From Mollicutes bacterium (GTDB taxonomy: Bacteria; Bacillota_I; Bacilli_A; RF39; UBA660): 27,386 bases of DNA. The notes beneath the pieces were generated by a model. That model searched no databases. It saw nothing but the letters and a program-made list of their open reading frames with translations, and had not been told where the DNA came from. The stretch spans positions 1 to 27,386 of the forward strand of contig PXDA01000034.1 of NCBI GenBank assembly GCA_003566505.1, written 5' to 3'. Made by a program: the position numbers and the translations under genes. This document shows, one piece after another, positions 9,272-17,532 of this stretch; the first letter of the stretch is position 1, and each line of letters starts with the position of its first letter.

Positions 9272-9691
9272 CTAATTTCTAAAAACAATATCATAGGCTT
9301 TATCATCACAACCATCAATAATACATTGTTTGATTGTCTCTTCCATTTCCGACACCATGTTTTGGTTAAAGCCACGCCATACTTTCTCACCAATAAAAGT
9401 AGTAGGTACGCCTTCAACTTCAACGCCATATGCGGCTGCTACTTCTTCAAACATATCAATATTTTCACGCGATTGCCATGCTTTAATCTCTTTTATTTTT
9501 ACCTCTTCATATTTTTCCGCAAACTCTTCTAAATATGGCTTTTGTTCATTACAAAACGGGCATCCATCATCAGAAAAGAAATAAACAATAACATCTTCAC
9601 GAGAAAAATCATTATTATCAATCTCATTTTCATCATTAAAACAACCAACCGCCATAATTAAAATCAATATTCCTAAATATATTTTTTTCAT
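9272..9691 (-). CDS. Thioredoxin/glutaredoxin-fold lipoprotein
   Basis: Start at ATG 9691 (SD GGGAGG); signal peptide MKKIYLGILILIMAVGC with lipobox; active site CPFC; cis-Pro loop GVPTTFIG; extra C-terminal CIIDGC. Confidence 0.85.
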   Translation of the reverse strand: MKKIYLGILILIMAVGCFNDENEIDNNDFSREDVIVYFFSDDGCPFCNEQKPYLEEFAEKYEEVKIKEIKAWQSRENIDMFEEVAAAYGVEVEGVPTTFIGEKVWRGFNQNMVSEMEETIKQCIIDGCDDKAYDIVFRN

Positions 9692-9713
9692 AATAATCCT
9701 CCCTGTTTCCATT

Positions 9714-11141
9714 TTACTTAATCACAATATCCCAGTAAGTCTTTTCCCGTGTATCACGAAGCACAACACCTTTATTCAACAACTGCGTTCGCACTTGATC
9801 TGCTTCATTATATTCGCCTTTTTCTTTAAGTGCTTGTCGTTTCGCAATCAATTTTTCTATTTCCTCTTCATTGATATTATTTTTAGCTAAATATTTATCT
9901 TTAATTTCTGTAATAACTTTTTCCGGTTTTTGTTGTAAAATGCCTAAAACATCATATACTTTAATAATGCACTCTTTTAAAGTAGCGGCCTCTACTATTT
10001 CTTCATCAGCGATTAATTTTTCTAATCTACTAATATAATTAAATAAATTAGCAAAAACCACTGGCGTATTAAAATCATTGTTCATAGCTTCCTTAAATTC
10101 TTCATCAATCTTTTGCAATGTTTCAGCATCGGCCGATAAATTATGAGTATCCACCATTTTATCTATTTTATTAAACAACTGATAAATTCGATAAATCCTC
10201 GCTTCGTTTTCTTCAAACATACCATCAACAATATTTAAATATGAACGATAACTATTATGTAACAATGTCATACGAATAACATCACGATTATATTTTTCCA
10301 AAAGTTCCGAAAGTAAAATACTGTTGCCTAACGATTTACTCATTTTTTGACCATTAATATTTACCAAACCATTATGAATCCAATAACGTGCAAATTGCTT
10401 GCCCGTTAAAGCTTCCGTTTGTGCTATTTCATTTTCATGATGCGGAAATAATAAATCTTCACCACCACCATGAATATCAAGTGTTGCACCTAAATACTTC
10501 ATACTCATCGCTGAACACTCAATATGCCATCCCGGCCTTCCGCGACCCCAAGGTGAATCCCACGCCATTTCATCATCAGTTATCTTCCACAAAGCAAAAT
10601 CATGTTCATCGCGTTTGCCCGGTTCAATTTCCTTTCTTGTTCCCGCCACATTTTTTTCTAATGTTCGATTAGAAAATTTGCCATAATGGGGAAACGTAGC
10701 GACTGCAAAATAAACATCGCCATTTTCGCTAACATAAGCATAATCCTTTTCAATCAACTTTTCGATAAAAGCAATCATATCACTAATGCATTCTGTTGCT
10801 TTTGCCAATACCGTTGGAGGCTTTACACCTAATTGCGCTAATTCTTCATCCGTTTTTTCTATTAATTGTTTAGCATAATCGCTGGCATCAATTCCTAAAT
10901 CACGAGCGCGATTGATTATTTTATCATCCACATCGGTATAATTGCGAACATAATTTACTTCATAACCTAAATACATTAAATATCGGTATATCATATCAAA
11001 AACAACTGCTTGATATGCATGTCCAATATGAGCATCATCAGAAACAGTAATGCCACAAGCATACATCTTTACCTGGTTGTTTTCTTCTGTTACAAATTCT
11101 TCTTTTTTTCGCGTTAACACATTATAAACTTTTAAAGACAT
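9714..11141 (-). CDS. cysS: Cysteine--tRNA ligase
   Basis: MYACGITV..AHIGH, NYTDVDDKII, PWGRGRPGWHIECSAM, HGGGEDL.FPHHENE, KMSKSLGN. Confidence 0.98.
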   Translation of the reverse strand: MSLKVYNVLTRKKEEFVTEENNQVKMYACGITVSDDAHIGHAYQAVVFDMIYRYLMYLGYEVNYVRNYTDVDDKIINRARDLGIDASDYAKQLIEKTDEELAQLGVKPPTVLAKATECISDMIAFIEKLIEKDYAYVSENGDVYFAVATFPHYGKFSNRTLEKNVAGTRKEIEPGKRDEHDFALWKITDDEMAWDSPWGRGRPGWHIECSAMSMKYLGATLDIHGGGEDLLFPHHENEIAQTEALTGKQFARYWIHNGLVNINGQKMSKSLGNSILLSELLEKYNRDVIRMTLLHNSYRSYLNIVDGMFEENEARIYRIYQLFNKIDKMVDTHNLSADAETLQKIDEEFKEAMNNDFNTPVVFANLFNYISRLEKLIADEEIVEAATLKECIIKVYDVLGILQQKPEKVITEIKDKYLAKNNINEEEIEKLIAKRQALKEKGEYNEADQVRTQLLNKGVVLRDTREKTYWDIVIK

Positions 11142-11171
11142 AAAATTTCAACTCCTGACTGTTCTTTTCTC

Positions 11172-11180
11172 ATTATATCA
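11172..11180 (-). promoter_or_regulatory. Extended -10 promoter of cysS
   Basis: TGATATAAT about 30 bp upstream of the cysS ATG and just downstream of the tyrS terminator. Confidence 0.6.
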
Positions 11181-11200
11181 TAAAATATTTATTTTAAAAC

Positions 11201-11224
11201 AAAAAAAAGGATTCTTTCATCCTT
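11201..11224 (-). terminator. Intrinsic terminator of tyrS
   Basis: AAGGAT-gaaaga-ATCCTT followed by a T-run on the minus strand, spanning the tyrS stop. Confidence 0.6.
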
Positions 11225-12452
11225 TTAATACAACCTTTAAATAAACCTTTTTGCCCTTTTGTAAAACTAAAATATTATCTTTAAAATCAGTTTGTTTAAT
11301 CATTTTATTTACATCAGCAATTTTTTCCTGATTTAGCTTAAGACCGCCTTGTTCAATCAACCTTTTTGCTTCTGACTTTGATGGGACTAAGCCAACCAAA
11401 ACAACAAATGTCATAATATCTAAATTATCTAACTGTTCTTGTTTGATTTCCACAAAAGGCATATCATCACTAACACCTTCTGTAAAAATTTTGGTGCTTG
11501 CTTCGGCAACCTTATTTGCTTCATCTTCACCATGCACTAATTTCGTTATTTCATAAGCCATTATTTTTTTTGCTTTTATAATATCTTTTTGACACAAATC
11601 TTTAATATAATCCATTTCTAAATCAGTGAAAAAAGCTAATAATCTTTCGACATCTTCATCGAAAGCATTAATAAAAACTTGATAAAAATCATATACAGTT
11701 GTTTTTTCACGGGAAACCCACATTGTGCCACTGGCCGTTTTGCCCATTTTTTCGCCATCAGCCTTGACTAACAATGGACATGTTAAACCAAATAAACGAT
11801 CGACTTTCCGCCCATCTAAATTGTCTAACTTGCGTCCTAAATCAACACCAGCAACAATATTAGCCCATTGGTCAGAGCCACCAACTTGTAGTTTACAATC
11901 ATATTCTCTATTTAAATAAACAAAATCATAAGCTTGCATCAACATATAGCCCATTTCCAAAAAAGTTAAACCGCCTTCTTCCAATCTTTTTTTATAACAT
12001 TCAGTTGCTAACATTTTATTAACATTAAAATGAATGCCAACTTTGCGTAAAAAATCAATATATGTTTCCTTGTTAATCCAATCAGCATTATCCAAGATAA
12101 TAGCAGCGTTATCGCCCTCGGTATAAACAAACCTTTTTACTAAATTTTTTACTTCCTTTTTATTAAAATCCACTTCTTCTTTTGTCAACATATTACGCAT
12201 TTGCGTTTTGCCTGAAGGATCACCAACCAAAGCAGTTGCACCACCAATAATAATTATCGCACGATGGCCGAATTCCTGCATTCTCCTTACCATTGTCAAA
12301 GCAAAAAAGTGTCCAATATGCAAACTATCAGCAGTCGGATCAATCCCTAAATAAAAAGTTATTTTCTCCTCATTTAACAACTTTTTAATGTTAACCTCAT
12401 CAGTCGCTTGATAGATATAGCCCCGTTCCTTTAAAACATCGAAAGTTTTCAT
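11217..12452 (-). CDS. tyrS: Tyrosine--tRNA ligase
   Basis: YLGIDPTADSLHIGH, GGATALVGDPSGK, LMQAYDF, LQVGGSDQWANI, KMGKT and a C-terminal S4-like domain. Confidence 0.98.
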   Translation of the reverse strand: MKTFDVLKERGYIYQATDEVNIKKLLNEEKITFYLGIDPTADSLHIGHFFALTMVRRMQEFGHRAIIIIGGATALVGDPSGKTQMRNMLTKEEVDFNKKEVKNLVKRFVYTEGDNAAIILDNADWINKETYIDFLRKVGIHFNVNKMLATECYKKRLEEGGLTFLEMGYMLMQAYDFVYLNREYDCKLQVGGSDQWANIVAGVDLGRKLDNLDGRKVDRLFGLTCPLLVKADGEKMGKTASGTMWVSREKTTVYDFYQVFINAFDEDVERLLAFFTDLEMDYIKDLCQKDIIKAKKIMAYEITKLVHGEDEANKVAEASTKIFTEGVSDDMPFVEIKQEQLDNLDIMTFVVLVGLVPSKSEAKRLIEQGGLKLNQEKIADVNKMIKQTDFKDNILVLQKGKKVYLKVVLKG

Positions 12453-12465
12453 TGTATTCCTCCTT

Positions 12466-12670
12466 TAAAAAAACGACAAATTATCCACATAAGGACGAAA
12501 TGCCGCGGTACCACCTTAATTCATAGTTATACTATGCTCTCAATACTATAACGCATAACCGAACAAACTCATAAAACGTATTTTCAGTTTAATCTTTGTT
12601 CAATTTACACCGCCATTGAATCGCTAATAAACCCAACTAAACTTACTAAATTTTAATCTTCGTTTGTTAA
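12466..12670 (-). promoter_or_regulatory. T-box riboswitch (Tyr)
   Basis: Canonical AAGGTGGTACCGCGG (12517-12503); stem I AGCGA and GGTGTAAA motifs; specifier GAAAA-TAC-G (TAC at 12580-12578); downstream hairpin plus T-run. Confidence 0.92.
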
Positions 12671-12674
12671 CATT

Positions 12675-12703
12675 ATTTTAGCACTTTTAAAATCCAAAAG
12701 CAA
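12675..12703 (-). promoter_or_regulatory. Sigma-A promoter of the tyrS leader
   Basis: TTGCTT, 17 bp spacer, TAAAAT with a TG extension. Confidence 0.65.
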
Positions 12704-12712
12704 CTTGCTTTT

Positions 12713-14164
12713 TTATTTATTTTTTTTAAATTGTTTTATCTTTATTTTTGCCGCCGCAGTTTTCGCTTGTTCTAACCACTCTTGTTGCGGACCGTCAACT
12801 AATTCATTTGTTATTATGCGCACACGATCATTATTTTGCAATTGATAATTCAATGACACCTCTTGATCATTAACAATAGCAAGCGCCATGCGATTGGCCA
12901 CATCAGTATCAATTTTATAAGCAAAATCAATTGGGGTTGCTCCTTGTGGTAGTTGAACAATATCGCCTTTCATAGTATAAACATAAACATTTTCACCAAA
13001 TAATTCTTCTTTGGCTTGTTCAACAAATTCTTGATTATCATCAATTAACATATTCAATTCATTTAAAGTGCGAAAAAATTGTGAATTTTGTGATAAATCT
13101 TCCCGCATAACATTTTTTGCCTCGCCTTTGTTAATATCCCAATAAGCGGTTAAACCAAATGAAGCAATTTTATCCATAGCAAAAGTTCTAATTTGGGTTT
13201 GTACCAGGCGTTCATTGGGACTAAAGACGGTTGTATGTAACGATTGATACATATTGGTTTTGGGCAGGGCGATATAATCTTTAAAATGATGATTAAGAGG
13301 TGGATATTCACTATGAATAAGACCCATAGTATGATAACAACTCTTAATATCTTCTACCATTATTTTCAATGCTAACAAATCATGAATATCCTCAATTTGT
13401 TGACCATCAACTATTTCTTTATAGACACCATAAATGTTTTTGGTTCTAATTTTAATATCGCGACTAATGCCTTCATTTTCTAGTATATTTAATAAATTCA
13501 CTAACATGTCGTATAAATGTTCTTCATTTTCTTCTTTCGTAAGATTTATTTTATTTTTAACATCACGATAATGCTCTGGTTTTAAATATAATAACGAAAT
13601 ATCCTCAAGTTCACATTTTAAACGAAAGGCTCCAATATAATGTGCTAATGGAACATAAATTTCCATGGTCTCTAAAGCAATTTCTTTTTGTTTATGTTCT
13701 TCTTTATAAAGCAAAGTACGCATATTGTGTAGTCTATCAACTAATTTTATAATAAGAATACGAGGATCTTCTTTAATACTTGTTACTAATTTTCTAATAT
13801 TGGCACTTCTTTCCTCGCTTTTAGAAGAAAAAACCATTTGATCAATTTTACTAACACCATCAACTAAATTAGCAATATCCTTACTAAAATCATGTTCCAA
13901 AGCTTCTTTTGTAACCGATGCATCTTCAATCACATCATGTAACAAAGCAGCACAAATTGTATTTTTATCCGCTCGCATTTCCGAAAGCGTATAAGCAACC
14001 GTCAAAGGGTGTGTAATATAATCCTCTTTACTTTCCCGTTTTTGATTTAAATGGTGCTTTTCAGCATAACGATACGCATCAGTAATTGGTTCAATTTCTG
14101 ATGAATTATATTTCATAACATCGGCTATTAATTTGCTAAAAGTTACAACCTCGATACCATTCAC
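12713..14164 (-). CDS. RelA/SpoT homolog, short form (HD hydrolase + degenerate synthetase + TGS)
   Basis: Hydrolase motifs QKRESKEDYITHP, LLHDVIED, KLVDRLHNMRT; synthetase region RTKNIYG, DLLALKI, KDYIALPKTNMYQSLHTT, VQTQIRT; TGS domain LPQGATPIDFAY. It ends shortly after TGS at 483 aa. GTG start. Confidence 0.92.
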   Translation of the reverse strand: MNGIEVVTFSKLIADVMKYNSSEIEPITDAYRYAEKHHLNQKRESKEDYITHPLTVAYTLSEMRADKNTICAALLHDVIEDASVTKEALEHDFSKDIANLVDGVSKIDQMVFSSKSEERSANIRKLVTSIKEDPRILIIKLVDRLHNMRTLLYKEEHKQKEIALETMEIYVPLAHYIGAFRLKCELEDISLLYLKPEHYRDVKNKINLTKEENEEHLYDMLVNLLNILENEGISRDIKIRTKNIYGVYKEIVDGQQIEDIHDLLALKIMVEDIKSCYHTMGLIHSEYPPLNHHFKDYIALPKTNMYQSLHTTVFSPNERLVQTQIRTFAMDKIASFGLTAYWDINKGEAKNVMREDLSQNSQFFRTLNELNMLIDDNQEFVEQAKEELFGENVYVYTMKGDIVQLPQGATPIDFAYKIDTDVANRMALAIVNDQEVSLNYQLQNNDRVRIITNELVDGPQQEWLEQAKTAAAKIKIKQFKKNK

Positions 14165-14213
14165 CTCTTCAATAAAAAAATGACAGCAAAATTTAATTTA
14201 GGCTCCCATTTTT

Positions 14214-14294
14214 TTAACATTTAAAAACAAAGTTAATTTGCTTAACAAATAATACACTAAAGCATAAATTAATGCTATGTGAACTTTTTGTCAT
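14214..14294 (-). CDS. Possible 26-aa leader peptide / small ORF upstream of the RSH gene
   Basis: SD GGAGTGA, ATG at 14294, MTKSSHSINLCFSVLFVKQINFVFKC*; lies between a strong promoter and the RSH gene. Confidence 0.3.
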   Translation of the reverse strand: MTKSSHSINLCFSVLFVKQINFVFKC

Positions 14295-14323
14295 ATTATC
14301 ACTCCATTTTAAATGTGAAACCT

Positions 14324-14352
14324 AGTATACTTTAAATAAAATTGCTTGTCAA
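14324..14352 (-). promoter_or_regulatory. Near-consensus sigma-A promoter upstream of the RSH gene
   Basis: TTGACA (14352-14347), 17 bp spacer, TATACT (14329-14324). Confidence 0.8.
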
Positions 14353-14357
14353 GCATG

Positions 14358-14383
14358 AAAAAAGGCAAAATAATTATTTTGCC
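14358..14383 (-). terminator. Intrinsic terminator of serS
   Basis: Perfect GGCAAAATA-at-TATTTTGCC stem plus a T-run, overlapping the serS stop. Confidence 0.75.
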
Positions 14384-15669
14384 TCATTTTTATTAACATT
14401 AATTTTAGTTAATCCTTTCATGTATGGTTGCAGAACTTCGGGAATTAAGACACTGCCATCTGCTTGTTGATATTGTTCCAAAATGGCTGGAATTAAACGA
14501 CTTGTTGCCAATCCAGATGCATTTAAAGTATGCAAAAACTTTTTTTCATCTTCGCTATCACGATATTTCATCTCGCCCCGTCGTGCTTGATAATCACGGC
14601 TATTAGACGCTGAACTTACCTCTTTATATTGTGCCATACTAGGAATCCAAACTTCAATATCATATGTTTTCGCCATAGCGGGACTGCAATCATTAGCGGC
14701 TAATTTACTCACTTGATAATGCAATCCTAATTGTTGCACTAAATCCTCAGCTTTTTTTACCATCTCATCTAAAGCCTTCTTTGAATCCTCTTCTTTGGTA
14801 TACTGCACTAATTCAACTTTATTAAATTGATGACCCCGAATAGTTCCGCGCTCACTAGCACGTGAACTACCAGCTTCTTTACGATAACAAGGCGTAAAGG
14901 CAAAATATTTTTTTGGCAAATCATCTTCCGTTAATATTTCTTGGTAATGAACATTAACTAATGCTGTCTCAGCAGTGGGCAGAAGAAATTTTTGTTGCAC
15001 TTCTTCGTCTTCATCAAGCCAATAAACCTCATCACTAAATTTGGGCAGTTGCCCGGCCGTAAAACCACAGGCACGATTCAACATATGGGGCAGTAGCATA
15101 AAATGCCAATTATCTTTTAAATGTTGATCAATAAAAAAATTAAGTAACGCCCATTCTAATTGTGCTCCCACGTCGGTATATATCCAATTGCCACTACCAG
15201 CAATTTTTACACCTCGTTCATAATCAATTAAATGTAAATCTTTTGCTAAAGCAACATGATCTTTAGCTGTAAATGAAAATTCTGGTTTTTTACCACAAAC
15301 TTTAATAACTTCATTATTTTCTTTGCCACCAGAGGGGACGTCATTATCAGGCAAATTTGGTAACCTTATCAAAAAATCATAGATTTTTTGTTCCAATTCA
15401 GCAAACTTTTCATCATGCTCAGCAATCAAATCACCTAATTCCTTCATCTCTTTAATAGCTGCCTCAGCATCTTGATTTTCTTTTTTCATTTGTGGTATTT
15501 TTTTCGAAATAACATTACGTTTATTTTTCATTTCATCACGCTTTGTTCCGATTTTTCTTTTCTCTTCATCCCATGTTAACACTTCATGTAAAGAAACATC
15601 TGGAACCCGTTTTTTTAATGCTTCTTCCACTCTTTTTTGGTCATTTCTAATTAAATTAATATCAATCAT
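14374..15669 (-). CDS. serS: Serine--tRNA ligase
   Basis: N-terminal coiled-coil arm, LLPTAETALVN, FTPCYRKEAG, RGHQFNKVE, EVSSASN, HTLNASGLATSR. Confidence 0.98.
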   Translation of the reverse strand: MIDINLIRNDQKRVEEALKKRVPDVSLHEVLTWDEEKRKIGTKRDEMKNKRNVISKKIPQMKKENQDAEAAIKEMKELGDLIAEHDEKFAELEQKIYDFLIRLPNLPDNDVPSGGKENNEVIKVCGKKPEFSFTAKDHVALAKDLHLIDYERGVKIAGSGNWIYTDVGAQLEWALLNFFIDQHLKDNWHFMLLPHMLNRACGFTAGQLPKFSDEVYWLDEDEEVQQKFLLPTAETALVNVHYQEILTEDDLPKKYFAFTPCYRKEAGSSRASERGTIRGHQFNKVELVQYTKEEDSKKALDEMVKKAEDLVQQLGLHYQVSKLAANDCSPAMAKTYDIEVWIPSMAQYKEVSSASNSRDYQARRGEMKYRDSEDEKKFLHTLNASGLATSRLIPAILEQYQQADGSVLIPEVLQPYMKGLTKINVNKNEAK

Positions 15670-15674
15670 TTTTT

Positions 15675-15875
15675 CCTCCTTTGATAAAAAAAAGATGGCG
15701 TAAAGGAGTGCTAATGCACGGTGCCATCCTCATTTTTCCTTATTATTATAACGGTTTTACCCGGAAATAGTTTACTATTTCACTCCAAGGTAGAAATCTT
15801 AAAGACTTTTCATTAGTTTACACCAACCACTAACTCTCTAAACAAAACCCTAAAAGACCGTCCTCTTCAACGTTT
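15675..15875 (-). promoter_or_regulatory. T-box riboswitch (Ser)
   Basis: Stem I AGAGAG and GGTTGGTGTAAA motifs; probable specifier TCT (15794-15792); antiterminator AGGA-TGGCACC-GTGC-atta-GCAC-TCCT. The C in TGGC complements the G73 discriminator of tRNA-Ser. Confidence 0.9.
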
Positions 15876-15885
15876 TATATCTGAA

Positions 15886-15915
15886 ATTATAGCATTATCG
15901 AATTAATTCTGTCAA
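15886..15915 (-). promoter_or_regulatory. Sigma-A promoter of the serS leader
   Basis: TTGACA, 18 bp spacer, TATAAT with a TG extension. Confidence 0.8.
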
Positions 15916-15918
15916 TAT

Positions 15919-17466
15919 TTAATCCGTTTCCTCATCATTGTTTTCTTCCGCTTCTTCCTCTTCATCATCTTCTTCCTCTTCTTCATCATTCTCTTCTGGA
16001 ACATAAACATTAAAAGGTGGATTATCATTACCCGTATCAGTTAAACCAGTAACACTACATTGTACACCGGCGGGAAGATCTTGCAAATTAACAAGCGTAA
16101 TTACATCCGTATCATATGATTTATAAGCACAAAAATAATTATTATAAAAAGCCATATAAATAATATCTTCATCAACAACTACAATACCACCACCCAATGG
16201 CTCCGGTTCATTGACATCAAGAAAAACACCATTTGGTTGATATGGAAAACGTGCTTCAAACCCTAATTCTTCATTATCATTTAAAGCGCGTCGATAATAT
16301 TCTGTTTCCGCAGCTTGTAAATATAATTGCGCGATAAAATAAAAACTGCTTTCTTCTTGCGATAAATCTGGTTCTTCTTCTTCTTCAATTTCTGGTAAAG
16401 TTACTTCTGTTTCGTTAATATCGGTATATGTCATAGTAATTTTTTCCAAATGTTCTTCATCAACCACTAATTTAACATTAATTGTATCAACATACTCTTC
16501 ACCGACTACTATACCAATTTCTGCCATTGCTTCTTCTTCAATCGTTGGGTCAAAATCAACAGCGAAAAGACTAAACCCTATCTCATCATTTTCCCAGAAA
16601 TAAGTCTCTTCTTCCTCATCATAGTGAAACAATTCCTCATAATCGACTAGATTTTCAATAAAAATACCTTCCATAAATATTGTTTGCATTTCCGCAAAGG
16701 CATCATCAACAATTTCCTGACGATCCCATTCACCCTCATCATCTAAATAATAATCATAAGGTTCACCAGCTTGAATCCCAGAGAAAAACATTTGATCTTC
16801 CTCGTATACAACTGATACAACATCCGCCACAAAATCATAACGCACCATTATTTCTTCACGAACAACAAAATCGTCTTCATCATATTCATGAAAATTTAAT
16901 GTTAAAGTGTAATTATCAGCCGCCTGTAAATTAGCAACCGCTGTTTCTAAACTAAGAATTTCTTCTTCTTTTTCTTCCTCTTCTTCTTTTTCAAAAACAC
17001 CAAGAGCGAATAAAGCACCGCCAATAATTAGCAAAACAGCCACAATAAGCAAAATTATTTTTTTCTTGCCACTGCCACTTTTATCTTCTAATTTATCAGC
17101 AACCGCCGCTTGATCAAATTCTTTTGTGTTCTCTAAATCATCTTTTTCTGGCTCTTGAACATTTTCTTCCTGACCAGCATCTGATAAATTTTCTTCATTA
17201 ACTGGTTCTTCCTCATTTGGTGTTTCTTCATCAGAAACATCTTCAATTTTCTTTTCTTCTTCAACATTTGATTCGCTATCCGTTGCTTCTTGTTCAGATG
17301 CTTCCTCATCCATAACATCTTCTAATTCTGTTTCTTTTTTTTCATCACTAGTAAATTCTTCTTCTTCCATAAAATCTTCTTCGAAATTATCTTCTTCTGA
17401 TTTTACTTCATCAGTATTATTTGTTTCCTCTTCTTCTAGTATTTCGTCTTCTTCACGCACAAACAT
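15919..17466 (-). CDS. Extremely acidic single-pass membrane protein of unknown function
   Basis: 515-aa ORF; 26 of the first 50 residues are D/E; KKK followed by TM helix IILLIVAVLLIIGGALFALGVF; acidic extracellular domains; poly-E/D tail. Confidence 0.75.
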   Translation of the reverse strand: MFVREEDEILEEEETNNTDEVKSEEDNFEEDFMEEEEFTSDEKKETELEDVMDEEASEQEATDSESNVEEEKKIEDVSDEETPNEEEPVNEENLSDAGQEENVQEPEKDDLENTKEFDQAAVADKLEDKSGSGKKKIILLIVAVLLIIGGALFALGVFEKEEEEEKEEEILSLETAVANLQAADNYTLTLNFHEYDEDDFVVREEIMVRYDFVADVVSVVYEEDQMFFSGIQAGEPYDYYLDDEGEWDRQEIVDDAFAEMQTIFMEGIFIENLVDYEELFHYDEEEETYFWENDEIGFSLFAVDFDPTIEEEAMAEIGIVVGEEYVDTINVKLVVDEEHLEKITMTYTDINETEVTLPEIEEEEEPDLSQEESSFYFIAQLYLQAAETEYYRRALNDNEELGFEARFPYQPNGVFLDVNEPEPLGGGIVVVDEDIIYMAFYNNYFCAYKSYDTDVITLVNLQDLPAGVQCSVTGLTDTGNDNPPFNVYVPEENDEEEEEDDEEEEAEENNDEETD

Positions 17467-17532
17467 TCACCTACTTTCTTAATCTAAAAACAATTATAAC
17501 ATAAACAAACCTAATAATAAAATTAATATTTT

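Noticed and set aside
15706-15714. CIRCE half-sites in the serS leader (GAGTGCTAA) and at 12678-12686 (TTAGCACTT)
   Set aside because: Neither has a matching second arm at 9 bp; the first is explained by the T-box antiterminator and the second by the tyrS promoter.
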